Positions 19,393 to 29,196 of a stretch of 64,000 bases of DNA are shown here, in pieces. Origin of the DNA: a bacterium (GTDB taxonomy: Bacteria > Zhuqueibacterota > Zhuqueibacteria > Residuimicrobiales > Krinioviventaceae); contig CAXXMD010000003.1 of NCBI GenBank assembly GCA_963675755.2, forward strand, positions 2,528,001-2,592,000. The letters run 5' to 3'. The position numbers were made by a program, and so were the translations under genes. The stretch's first letter is position 1; every line of letters begins with the position of its first letter. The notes beneath the pieces are model-generated. The model worked only from the letters and a program-made list of their open reading frames with translations, was not told the DNA's origin and ran no database searches.

Positions 19393-19411
19393 GTTTGGAG
19401 TCTGAAGGAAG

Positions 19412-20935
19412 CTATTTGTCAAGGTTGTTAAAATCAACAAAATCTGCTGGATTAACGTTTTCATTATTTATCAGGATTTCAAAATGAAGGTGAGGGCCGG
19501 TTGATTTGCCTGTAGTGCCTACGGTACCGATTTTTTCACCAGCTTTGAGGGTTTGACCCAAAGTTACATTGATATCCTGCATATGAGAATACAGGGTCTG
19601 TATATTGTTTTCATGCTGAATAACAACATAGCGTCCCCGACCTTTGTTAATTGTATATTGAGTAACGACAGTAACTACGGTACCATCTGCCGAAGCCAAT
19701 ATGCTGGTTCCTTTTGGTGTTTTGATGTCAATCCCGGAATGGAACCTTTTCTTTTGTGTAAAAGGATCTATCTGATCTCCATAGTCTGCACTGATTCTGC
19801 CGGTTTCAAGCGGCAAAACAAACTCTGTTTGAAATGCAGATATTGATGATGGTTCTGCTTTCGATACTGATTCAGGCATCGGTGTTTCTGCCGACACCTT
19901 GGGCAGGTATACTGCCATTGGCAGGACTAATAGTCCCAGCAGCAGTACACCTACCCTGATGATGGTGTTGTTCGTTTTCATAAGCCTCCCTCTGCTTATT
20001 TGTTGTAAACGATTTTTTATGAATTGTGAATTACGTCCAAATTCTGGTAGTAATGCGATGCGGTTTGAAGCTGCAACATTAAATTTCAATACCTGAATTA
20101 AACCCATACCATATTGTTTCCTTGATAGAGCAGGATTCTTTAATACCATTTGATCACACAAAATTTCACGCGATTGGTTGAGTCTCATATTTGTATACCA
20201 TACCAATGGATTGAAGAAATAGATAACCTGAATCAGGTATTGGAGTTTTAACCACATATCGTCATAGCGTTTAATATGCGCGCACTCGTGCGCGATAACC
20301 GGTTCTACGGTCTTGAATTCTGATACTGCCAAAGCGTGGGGCAGGCATATCACTGGATTAATAATACCAATCGTAAAGGGAATATGATATCCTTTGGTCT
20401 CCATCAGTCTAATGTTTCGTTTAATGTTAAAATGACGCTTCCAGAAATCTACTGTATGTAATAACTGTTTGTCGTTCAGTAGAGTTGAGCGTTTAATTAA
20501 CAGACGATAATGTTCCAGTCTGACGAGTAGAACAACAAGAAACAGGAATATACCAATTAACCATATTGCGACGAGTGTGTTTTGTATTGTAATAATATTG
20601 TTTTCAAGATTAGGCACCTGTAACATGGCATTATCTGCTTCAGCAATAAAGGTATTGTCTGAAATGAGCAGATTGTTTTCAGCATTTACTTGTTTAGGTA
20701 TTACTTGATATATGGCTGAAACCAAATTCCTTGCACTCCAGGGGGCTGAAATATCTGTGGGGAGAACCAGCCGTATCAGCACCAGCGTCCATAATGCATA
20801 GTGCAGGTAAGGTGATTTTTTTCTAAAAACAAAAGATAGAAAAAGAACCAACAGGAAAACCAGACTTGAAAACAACACCTGTTCTTTTAAATACTCAAAT
20901 AGCTGGTGAGAGATAGTGAACAACATGGTTTGCAT
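19412..20935 (-). CDS. blaR: BlaR1/MecR1-type M56 peptidase fused to C-terminal M23 peptidase
   Basis: HECAHIKRYD, YFFNPLVW, REILCD (M56); HSGID, YSH, STGPHLHFE (M23). Confidence 0.9.
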   Translation of the reverse strand: MQTMLFTISHQLFEYLKEQVLFSSLVFLLVLFLSFVFRKKSPYLHYALWTLVLIRLVLPTDISAPWSARNLVSAIYQVIPKQVNAENNLLISDNTFIAEADNAMLQVPNLENNIITIQNTLVAIWLIGIFLFLVVLLVRLEHYRLLIKRSTLLNDKQLLHTVDFWKRHFNIKRNIRLMETKGYHIPFTIGIINPVICLPHALAVSEFKTVEPVIAHECAHIKRYDDMWLKLQYLIQVIYFFNPLVWYTNMRLNQSREILCDQMVLKNPALSRKQYGMGLIQVLKFNVAASNRIALLPEFGRNSQFIKNRLQQISRGRLMKTNNTIIRVGVLLLGLLVLPMAVYLPKVSAETPMPESVSKAEPSSISAFQTEFVLPLETGRISADYGDQIDPFTQKKRFHSGIDIKTPKGTSILASADGTVVTVVTQYTINKGRGRYVVIQHENNIQTLYSHMQDINVTLGQTLKAGEKIGTVGTTGKSTGPHLHFEILINNENVNPADFVDFNNLDK

Positions 20936-21327
20936 CAGGATTCCTCCTCATCCAGGTTTTCAAGATAAGATTCAAGCTCTTGAATTTCTTCCGGGCTGAG
21001 AGTATTTGAATCTGCAAACATGGATACTACCTGGGCAGTTTCTGTTTCAAGCACACGGTCAGCAAAAAAACGGACAAAATGTGCTAATCCTGCAGGGCGC
21101 GAGATAAGGGGGGTATAAAGGAAAATACCATGAAAATCTTCACGTTTTAACAAGTTTTTATTAACCATACGGTCCATCATGGTTTTGGTTGTTGTGTATG
21201 CCCAGCCATAAGTAACTTGAAGCTGATCATGTGTTTCGCGAACGGTTTGTTTTCCGGTTTTCCAGAGAGTTCTTAAAATATCATATTCTGCCCTGGAGAG
21301 TTCTGGTAATGGTTTGTTCTGCGTCAT
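20935..21327 (-). CDS. blaI: BlaI/MecI/CopY family transcriptional repressor
   Basis: LSRAEYDIL..LW, WAYTTTKTMMDRM..K; coupled to the M56 gene. Confidence 0.9.
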   Translation of the reverse strand: MTQNKPLPELSRAEYDILRTLWKTGKQTVRETHDQLQVTYGWAYTTTKTMMDRMVNKNLLKREDFHGIFLYTPLISRPAGLAHFVRFFADRVLETETAQVVSMFADSNTLSPEEIQELESYLENLDEEES

Positions 21328-21354
21328 TGTTTAGTCCTGTTTATTTTTAACATG

Positions 21355-21370
21355 TCTACTAATTTGTAGT
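21355..21370. promoter_or_regulatory. Putative BlaI operator
   Basis: CTAC-N6-GTAG palindrome between blaI start and a minus-strand TTGACA (21402-21407). Confidence 0.5.
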
Positions 21371-21527
21371 AGTATTGTTAATTTATAAAATTATTTGAAT
21401 TTGTCAAGTAATAATTACAAATTCTTTTTCTTTTTTATCCGGTTTTTGCAATATTTTTTGAATGTTTATTGAATTTTACTTACATTGTATCAAATTTATT
21501 ACAATATCTAAATCGGGAGTTTGGGTA

Positions 21528-22742
21528 ATGAAAATTAGAGAGATTGTTGGTGCAATTGGACCTGCTTTTATTATGGCCTCTGTAGTATTGGGCCCCGGTA
21601 GCATAACAACATCATCAAAAATTGGTGCTGATTATGGTTACCAACTGTTGTGGATTATTGTTCTCGCTGCTATTGCTATGGGTGCATATATTATGATGGC
21701 TGCCAGATTTGGTGTATCGCATGAAAAAAGTATATTAAATACTATTGCTGACTCTTATGGCCGCTGGTTTGCGGGATTAATTGGTATTTCCTGTTTTTTA
21801 ATGGCTTCCAGCTTTCAATTTGGCAATAATCTGGGTGTAGCAACAGCTATGCAAACCATTACAGGTATACCTGAACCGGTTTGGCCAATCATGTTTACTT
21901 CAATGGCCATTATTTTGGTATTTTATGCAAAAAATTTATACAAAGTTTTAGAAAAGCTTATGATGGTTTTGGTAATGACCATGATTGTAGCGTTTTTTAT
22001 TAACCTGGTATTTACCAAACCTGATTTAGCGGCAACAGCAAAAGGATTTATCCCTACAATTCCTAATCATGCTTATAACGAAGTTGCAGCATTGGTTGCA
22101 ACCACTTTTTGTCTGCATATAGCTATTTATCAATCCTATCTTGTTCAAAACAAGGGTTGGAAAATTGATGATTTAAAAAGCAGTATGCGGGATAATATTG
22201 CCGGAATTATCATGCTTGGTGGTATCAGTATGCTGATCATTATGACATCAGCTGCTGCACTGAATCCACGTGGCATTCATATCGCAACAGCTGCTGATAT
22301 GGCTATCCAGCTTGAGGCGCTTTTCGGTCCTTTTGCTAAAATCATATTCAGCATTGGTTTATGGGCAGCTGCATTTTCTTCTTTGACTGTAAATGCAGTT
22401 GTAGGAGGAGGATTAATGGCTGATGGTCTGGGATTAGGACGTACTATGGATGAAAAATGGCCCAAGATCTTTACAGTGTTTGGAATGTTGGTGGGAATGA
22501 TGATTGCCGTATTTTTTAAAGGTAATATTGTTCATGCATTGGTTCTGGCCCAAGCCTCGTCATTGTTTGCCGTTCCCGCTGTTGCAATTGGTTTGTTTAT
22601 GATTTTGAATAATAAAAAGGTTATGGGCAAGCTTGTAAATACCTGGCAGCAAAATATTGTAGCGGTTTTTGGTTTGTTTTTAATTATGATTATGGTTTGG
22701 CGCATGTATGAAAGATTGGTTGGTTTTCTGGGTCAGCTCTAG
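21528..22742 (+). CDS. Nramp-like (YcsG-type) divalent metal transporter
   Basis: GPAFIMAS..GPGSITT..GA.YGY.LLW, FQFGN, ~11 TM. Confidence 0.85.
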   Translation: MKIREIVGAIGPAFIMASVVLGPGSITTSSKIGADYGYQLLWIIVLAAIAMGAYIMMAARFGVSHEKSILNTIADSYGRWFAGLIGISCFLMASSFQFGNNLGVATAMQTITGIPEPVWPIMFTSMAIILVFYAKNLYKVLEKLMMVLVMTMIVAFFINLVFTKPDLAATAKGFIPTIPNHAYNEVAALVATTFCLHIAIYQSYLVQNKGWKIDDLKSSMRDNIAGIIMLGGISMLIIMTSAAALNPRGIHIATAADMAIQLEALFGPFAKIIFSIGLWAAAFSSLTVNAVVGGGLMADGLGLGRTMDEKWPKIFTVFGMLVGMMIAVFFKGNIVHALVLAQASSLFAVPAVAIGLFMILNNKKVMGKLVNTWQQNIVAVFGLFLIMIMVWRMYERLVGFLGQL

Positions 22743-22766
22743 ATTTTATATATTTTATTATAATTT

Positions 22767-22804
22767 AAAAGCCCTGTATCATTTTAAATGATGCAGGGCT
22801 TTTC
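22767..22804 (+). terminator. Rho-independent terminator
   Basis: AAAAGCCCTGTATCAT / ATGATGCAGGGCTTTT. Confidence 0.85.
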
Positions 22805-22889
22805 TCGTTTTGGGGCATTTGTTATCTGGATTAACCAGGAAATGGTATATATATTGCTATATATCTTTTGAGGTAAAGAGAGGTATGTT

Positions 22890-24002
22890 ATGTATTTAAA
22901 ATTTATTGAAAGACCTTCAAAAGATGCATTACTCCAAACCTTGAAAAAAGTAGAGGAAACTACTTTATATAAATCTGTATTGATTCTCGCAACTGCTAAT
23001 CTGGAAATGACGTCGGATGATTTTTTAAATGTATTTAATTCTCTGCATATTAAGGTGTTTGGAGGATTGTTCCCACAAGTTGTGTTTGAAGATCGGTCTT
23101 TTGAAACCGGTTTGATAGTAGCTGCATTTGAACAAGATGTTGAATTGATCAAGCTTGAAAATATTAGTGATCCGAATTTTAGTATTGAAACTTTTATTGA
23201 TTCAAATCAATCTATTGATTTCAATACCATGTTTGTTTTTATAGACGGACTTGCCAAGGGTATAAGCAATGTTATTGATGAGCTTTTTAACGAGTTTGGA
23301 CTGGATGTGAATTACATTGGGGGTGGTTCAGGTAACATGTCTATGCAGCAGGCACCTTGTTTGTTTACCAATGATTCTTTTTTTGATGATGGCGCTATTC
23401 TGGTCTTGATGTCAATTCAAAGCGGTATAGGTGTAAGCCATGGCTGGAAAGATTTGACAGGTCCCTTTAAAATTACAGATTCATTTCAAAATGTCATCAA
23501 AGCAATTAATGGCGAACCTGCTTTTGAACTTTATAAACGAGTTATTGCTCAATATACAGATTTGGAGATCACAGAAGAAGCATTTTATGATATTGCCAAG
23601 TCCTATCCATTTGGTATTACCATGTTAGATGATCACAGAATTGTAAGAGATCCTATTAAGGTTGTGGATGGGAAATATTTGGAATGTGTAGGTAATGTGC
23701 CCAATGGTTCTTTTGTTTATATTCTATCTGGAAACCGGGATGACTTGCTGTCTGCTGCCAAAGAAGCATTGAAAAAGGGAGAAATGAATTATAAAGGCAG
23801 CGATAAAAAAAGTTATATTTTTATAGATTGTATCTCCCGTACACTTTATTTAAAAGAATCCTTTCTTTACGAGATTACCACGGTTTATCATCCCGAGTAT
23901 CAAATGTTTGGGGCATTGACCATAGGTGAAATCAGTAATACAGGTAAAGAATATCTTGAATATTATAACAAAACTATTGTCGTTGGAGTAATTGAATCTT
24001 GA
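22890..24002 (+). CDS. FIST (FIST_N + FIST_C) signal-sensing protein
   Basis: GGLFP, FIDG, GGGSG, HGW, PA...Y, DCISR, GEI motifs. Confidence 0.88.
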   Translation: MYLKFIERPSKDALLQTLKKVEETTLYKSVLILATANLEMTSDDFLNVFNSLHIKVFGGLFPQVVFEDRSFETGLIVAAFEQDVELIKLENISDPNFSIETFIDSNQSIDFNTMFVFIDGLAKGISNVIDELFNEFGLDVNYIGGGSGNMSMQQAPCLFTNDSFFDDGAILVLMSIQSGIGVSHGWKDLTGPFKITDSFQNVIKAINGEPAFELYKRVIAQYTDLEITEEAFYDIAKSYPFGITMLDDHRIVRDPIKVVDGKYLECVGNVPNGSFVYILSGNRDDLLSAAKEALKKGEMNYKGSDKKSYIFIDCISRTLYLKESFLYEITTVYHPEYQMFGALTIGEISNTGKEYLEYYNKTIVVGVIES

Positions 24003-27000
24003 AAGATGATTTGACACAATGCATGCAAAATTGTTATGAAGTTGCTTTATCTATAGGGACGAGTCTCGATTTAGATAAAATGCTTAAAAATGCATTGTTG
24101 AAATATACCAAAAAACTGAATTGCTTTGCCGGGCTTGTACTGGAGGCTGTAGATAATAACAGATATAATGTAATATTTTCAATTCCTAAACGGAATATGA
24201 CATCTTTGATAGAGATGGCTGGCTTAACTCGTGTTCATGATGACGATGTCTATTCATTATCTGATAACGATATGCAATTTCCACATTTGGTAACCATTGA
24301 TAAAGATTATGTTCAATATATGAAATTGGATGATTTTGGTTTATTAATACTATTTAAATATGGTTCTCCCTTTAACCAGTTTATATTTGATTCATTAGCA
24401 CCATTAAATGCTAAGCTTGCTCATGCTTGCATTGCTGCAAGAACGAATGAAGCATTAAAAAAGGCAAACGAAGCATTGATTAAAAAAACGATTCACTTGA
24501 ATGAATCTCAAAATCAATTGCTTGACATGATGGATGTCAATGAAAAAACCCGTGAAGCATTGATTAAAAGTGAACGGAAATATCGTTCAATATTTGAAAA
24601 TATACAGGATATCTTTTATAGAACAGATAAAGATGGTATCATAACTGAAATAAGTCCATCAATTTATCGTTATTCTGGTTTCCCAAGAGATGAAGTGCTG
24701 GGTCAACCCGTTGATTTTTTTTACAAAAACAAAAAAGACAGAATAAAATTAGACCAGGCATTGCGTGCTGAAGGAGAAGTTACTGATTTTGAAGTAAGGT
24801 TGAGACATAAAGATGGTAAAGTAATTTACACATCTGTAAATGCCCACCTGTTGTTTGATCTGCACCGACGTCCTATTGGTATTGAAGGTTCCCTTAGAGA
24901 TGTGACAAATCGAAAATTAGTTGAGATGAAGCTTACCCAGAGTAAAGAGCAATTTCAAACCATTGTAAATTCATTACCACAGGGAATCATTACCATTGAT
25001 GCGGAAACCAAAAAAATTGTCAACTGTAATCCCAAAGCTTATGAAATGTTGAAAACAACAAATGAGAGAATGCTTGGCTCTCATTGTTACAACTTTTTTT
25101 GTCCTACACCCAAGAACTGCTGCCCGATTGATAGAAATATTGAAGTTGTTAATGATGAAAAATTTATAACCGCAGCAGATGGTGAAAAGATACCGGTTAT
25201 GAAAACGGTTGTTACTTTCCATGATAACAATAAAAAGTATTATCTTGAAAGTTTAATTGACATTCGAGACAAAGTTAAGGCAGATGAAGCATTAAAAACT
25301 TCAGAAAGCAAATACAGAAGTTTGGTAGAAAATATTCGTGATTTAATATTTACGATTAGCCCTGATGGAACAATAACCTATGTAAGCGATAGTATGGAAG
25401 AAATTTTGGGTTATTCTCCCGACTACTTTTTAGGCAGAAAATTATTAGATATTGTACCGGAAACAGAGCAACGAAGAGCTCAGGTATTGTTGAAAAAAGG
25501 ATTTAGTGGAAATAAAGTTACTCAATATCAGGTTAGTACCCGTCACAAAACTGGTGAACTGGTTTGGCTTGAAGTATCTTTTTCACGAATATGGAACAAT
25601 GAACAGATTGAAGGTGCGTTGGCAATTGCCAGGGATATTACAGAAAGAAAACGTTTTGAAAATGAACTGGTTAAAGCCAAAGAATCTGCAGAAGAAGCAA
25701 ATGAATCTAAAAGTAGGTTTTTAGCAAATATTAGTCATGAAATTAGAACCCCTATGAATTCTATAATTGGTTTTGGTGATCTTTTGGGTGATTTGTTAAG
25801 CGACAAGACACAGTTGGAATACTTGGGCGCTGTCAAGTCCAGTAGTCATGCACTTTTGGCCTTATTGAATGATATATTAGACTTGTCTAAAATTGAAGCA
25901 GGCAAAATGGAGCTGAAATATAAATTTATAGATATTTATGAATTTATAAATGATATAAATCAACAGTATATATTCGCAGCACAAAAAAAGAATGTAAAAT
26001 TTGAAGTAGAGATAGATCCTAAATTGCCGCATATGCTTTCAATTGATGAAGTACGTGTAAGACAAATATTGATAAATTTGATCGGGAATGCTATTAAATT
26101 TACTCATAAAGGTAAGGTTGTTGTTTCTATAGGTTTTGACAAAAATAATAAAACCGGCAAGTGTATAGATCTTGTCTTCAAAGTAAGTGATACAGGAATA
26201 GGCGTGCCTGAAGATCAATTTGAGAAAATTTTCCAATCTTTTGTTCAAAAAAGTGGTCAGGATAATCGAAAATACGGCGGTACCGGTTTAGGGCTTGCTA
26301 TTACAAAACGTTTAACTGAAATGATGAATGGCGATATAAGTATTGAAAGCAAGTTGAATGTAGGCAGTAGCTTTACAGTTCATTTGAAAAAAATTGAATA
26401 TCAGGAACATGCCGCAAGCCACAAAATTCTTGTTGATAATTATACAGATGTCGAATTTTTAGGGCAATCCATTTTGATTGTTGAAGATAATAATATGAAT
26501 CAACGTCTGATGAATAAATATTTTCAAGATTACAATTTAAACATCCGTCAGGCGATGAATGGTGTAAAAGCGATGAAGATTTTAAAAACCTTTACACCTT
26601 CATTGATTTTAATGGATCTACAAATGCCGGAAATGGATGGTTATGAAACCATACAGGAAATAAAAAAGATTGGAAGGCTTGAAGATATACCGGTTATCGC
26701 TTTTTCAGCCACCATGGTTTCAGATTCTAATCGTGAATTTATTGATAAATATTTTAACGAGTTTTTAAGAAAACCTGTCATTAAAAAGGATTTGATTCAT
26801 GCAATCAGCAAGTATCTGAATCATATCAAAGTTGATGAAAATAACACCAGGGTGGATCTGACTCAAAATGAATCGAATGTCATATTTGATCTGTCTGAAA
26901 CCAAAAATGAATTTTTTGATGCTCAATTTATAGAATATTGGAATGACATAAAAGAGACTATGGTTATTCAGGAGATAATTGATTTCACGAATAAAGTTGA

Positions 27001-27139
27001 AACCATATCAAAGGTTCAAAACGATATAGAACTGCAAAAATGGAGTGAAATGACCCGAAACGCAGCTAATAATTATCTTGTTGAAGATCTTGAAGAATTG
27101 ATAACAATTTTTGATGATTTTATAGGCGAAACCAACTAG
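23999..27139 (+). CDS. Hybrid sensor histidine kinase with three PAS domains and receiver
   Basis: FLANISHEIRTPM, NLIGNAIKFT, DTGIG, GGTGLGL; receiver VEDN..MDLQMPEMDG. Confidence 0.93.
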   Translation: MKDDLTQCMQNCYEVALSIGTSLDLDKMLKNALLKYTKKLNCFAGLVLEAVDNNRYNVIFSIPKRNMTSLIEMAGLTRVHDDDVYSLSDNDMQFPHLVTIDKDYVQYMKLDDFGLLILFKYGSPFNQFIFDSLAPLNAKLAHACIAARTNEALKKANEALIKKTIHLNESQNQLLDMMDVNEKTREALIKSERKYRSIFENIQDIFYRTDKDGIITEISPSIYRYSGFPRDEVLGQPVDFFYKNKKDRIKLDQALRAEGEVTDFEVRLRHKDGKVIYTSVNAHLLFDLHRRPIGIEGSLRDVTNRKLVEMKLTQSKEQFQTIVNSLPQGIITIDAETKKIVNCNPKAYEMLKTTNERMLGSHCYNFFCPTPKNCCPIDRNIEVVNDEKFITAADGEKIPVMKTVVTFHDNNKKYYLESLIDIRDKVKADEALKTSESKYRSLVENIRDLIFTISPDGTITYVSDSMEEILGYSPDYFLGRKLLDIVPETEQRRAQVLLKKGFSGNKVTQYQVSTRHKTGELVWLEVSFSRIWNNEQIEGALAIARDITERKRFENELVKAKESAEEANESKSRFLANISHEIRTPMNSIIGFGDLLGDLLSDKTQLEYLGAVKSSSHALLALLNDILDLSKIEAGKMELKYKFIDIYEFINDINQQYIFAAQKKNVKFEVEIDPKLPHMLSIDEVRVRQILINLIGNAIKFTHKGKVVVSIGFDKNNKTGKCIDLVFKVSDTGIGVPEDQFEKIFQSFVQKSGQDNRKYGGTGLGLAITKRLTEMMNGDISIESKLNVGSSFTVHLKKIEYQEHAASHKILVDNYTDVEFLGQSILIVEDNNMNQRLMNKYFQDYNLNIRQAMNGVKAMKILKTFTPSLILMDLQMPEMDGYETIQEIKKIGRLEDIPVIAFSATMVSDSNREFIDKYFNEFLRKPVIKKDLIHAISKYLNHIKVDENNTRVDLTQNESNVIFDLSETKNEFFDAQFIEYWNDIKETMVIQEIIDFTNKVETISKVQNDIELQKWSEMTRNAANNYLVEDLEELITIFDDFIGETN

Positions 27140-27152
27140 GGGTGTTATTGTG

Positions 27153-28403
27153 ATGAATGAAAGCGAAATTAGAGATTCACTTGTTCTGGTAGTAGATGAT
27201 AATCCTAATAATATTCAGGTATTGGGAAAAATATTGACAATACATGGATTCAAACCAGCAATTGCAACAAGTGGTAAACAAGCAATCAAAATTACACAAA
27301 AACGAAAGCCAGATTTGATTTTAATGGATATTATGATGCCGGAAATGGATGGATTTGAAACAACCAAACAAATCAAGAGCAATCCGGAATTGATAGATAT
27401 TCCTGTTATTTTTCTTACTGCCAAAATTGAATTGCAGAGCAAGCTGCGAGGCTTTGAGCTGGGAGCAGTTGATTATATTACAAAACCTTTTGAATCCATT
27501 GAGGTTATGAAAAGAGTAGAAACTCATCTAAAGCTCAAAAAAGCAATTGATATAATAAAAAAATATAACAATGAACTTGAAGTTCTTTTAGAAGAGCGTA
27601 CACGGGATCTGATCGAAACAGAAAGACATGCAGCTTTTAGTTTAATGATACAGGGACTCATACATAATTTTAAAAATGTACTGACCGGAATATACAGTTA
27701 TGGGGATTATTTGCAATATAAAATGACCGATCTTGAAGAAAAGTTGTCAAATAATGATTTGGATCTGGATGGGATTAGTGAAAGAATTACTGAAATGATT
27801 CCCTATTGTGATAAAGTTGTAGAACGGTCTCATGATATGAATGAGATGGTTAGCTCGCTTATGGTAAAAAGCCGCCAGGATAAAAGTACAGAGTTGCAAC
27901 TTGTTGATTTGAATGATTTGCTGAAACGCGAATTGGATTTTTATAATGCCAATTTGAAATACAAACACAATGTTACCAAAGAGATTTATCTAAGTGATGA
28001 GTCCTTGTATGTGCAAATTGTGCCTGGTGAAATGACACAGGTCTTTCAAAATCTTATCAGTAATGCTTTGGATGCATTTGGAGATACCAAAAAAGCAATT
28101 CTTGAATTTACTTCTGGCAGAGAAAATGGCAATGTTTGGGTTTCAATTAAAGACAATGGCCCCGGTATTCCTCAGGAAATTCAAACAAAAATATTTGACC
28201 CTTTTTTTACTACCAAAAAAAGAGCAGATAATCAAGATGAAGGGCCATCAGGTACAGGTTTGGGTTTGTACATGTGTAAACAAACTGTAGAATCATACGA
28301 TGGAGAGTTGAAACTTGAATCTCAAGTGGGTCAGGGAACCCGTTTTAAAATAATATTGCCGGAAGGTAATAAAGGAAATGGGCTAGAAAACATTATTTGC
28401 TGA
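27153..28403 (+). CDS. Receiver-histidine kinase hybrid
   Basis: N-terminal VVDD..MDIMMPEMDG..KP; HNFKN H-box, NALDA, DNGPG, FFTTK, GTGLGL. Confidence 0.92.
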   Translation: MNESEIRDSLVLVVDDNPNNIQVLGKILTIHGFKPAIATSGKQAIKITQKRKPDLILMDIMMPEMDGFETTKQIKSNPELIDIPVIFLTAKIELQSKLRGFELGAVDYITKPFESIEVMKRVETHLKLKKAIDIIKKYNNELEVLLEERTRDLIETERHAAFSLMIQGLIHNFKNVLTGIYSYGDYLQYKMTDLEEKLSNNDLDLDGISERITEMIPYCDKVVERSHDMNEMVSSLMVKSRQDKSTELQLVDLNDLLKRELDFYNANLKYKHNVTKEIYLSDESLYVQIVPGEMTQVFQNLISNALDAFGDTKKAILEFTSGRENGNVWVSIKDNGPGIPQEIQTKIFDPFFTTKKRADNQDEGPSGTGLGLYMCKQTVESYDGELKLESQVGQGTRFKIILPEGNKGNGLENIIC

Positions 28404-29196
28404 TTAATTTTGATGCACCTGCAGTTTTTTCTTTTCTATTGATCCAATATAGAATGTTTTCCTGACTGCGGTCCCATGCTATGCCCTGGCCATGATTATC
28501 AATAGATATTGTTTCTTTCCATAGTAATACCGAGCCTGCTTTGGGGAGTGATAATACATATACCTCACCCAGATCATGTCCTGTGCAGTATAAATTTCCA
28601 TTCGGTCCCCAGGAACCACCCGAGTTACTCATAGGTTTGAATTTTTCAATGATTGTGTCCGGAAAAGTCCAGCTTTGCACTTCTTTCCAGTTTTTATCGA
28701 GTTGTACCAGTACCGTAGATTCTACTCCCTTGCCGGTTTGTGCTTTAAAACGTTCATAGTGAGAAAAAACCGCCCACCATGAATCATTAAAAAAATCTAC
28801 CCAGGTGCAAGAACCCCATTTAATTCCAAAACTGTGCGAACCTATGTGCTCAAGCGTTTCAGTATCCCAGATTTCTATAGAACTGGTCATGGGTATACCC
28901 GGATAGTTGGAATGGGCCGCATATAGTTTTCCGTCTATGATTACACCGCTATCCAGATGTATAATGGGTTCCTGTTCTGAACTCTGCCAGGATTTCAAAA
29001 GTTTATGTGTTGTTTTATCATACTTGGCGATCTTTTTTGTAGAAATAGCATAAATAGCATGGTTGTCAACCGCTATACCTTGATGGGCTTCGGGGCAACG
29101 GAATTTCAATAGAGTCTGAAATTCGGACTGCTGTGAAAATGAGTACATTGAGGATAAAAGTATGAGCAGAATTGTTTGAAATGCTGTTTTTTTCAT
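28393..29196 (-). CDS. Hypothetical exported beta-propeller-like protein
   Basis: Signal peptide; QGIAVD / QGIAWD repeats. Confidence 0.7.
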   Translation of the reverse strand: MKKTAFQTILLILLSSMYSFSQQSEFQTLLKFRCPEAHQGIAVDNHAIYAISTKKIAKYDKTTHKLLKSWQSSEQEPIIHLDSGVIIDGKLYAAHSNYPGIPMTSSIEIWDTETLEHIGSHSFGIKWGSCTWVDFFNDSWWAVFSHYERFKAQTGKGVESTVLVQLDKNWKEVQSWTFPDTIIEKFKPMSNSGGSWGPNGNLYCTGHDLGEVYVLSLPKAGSVLLWKETISIDNHGQGIAWDRSQENILYWINRKEKTAGASKLISK

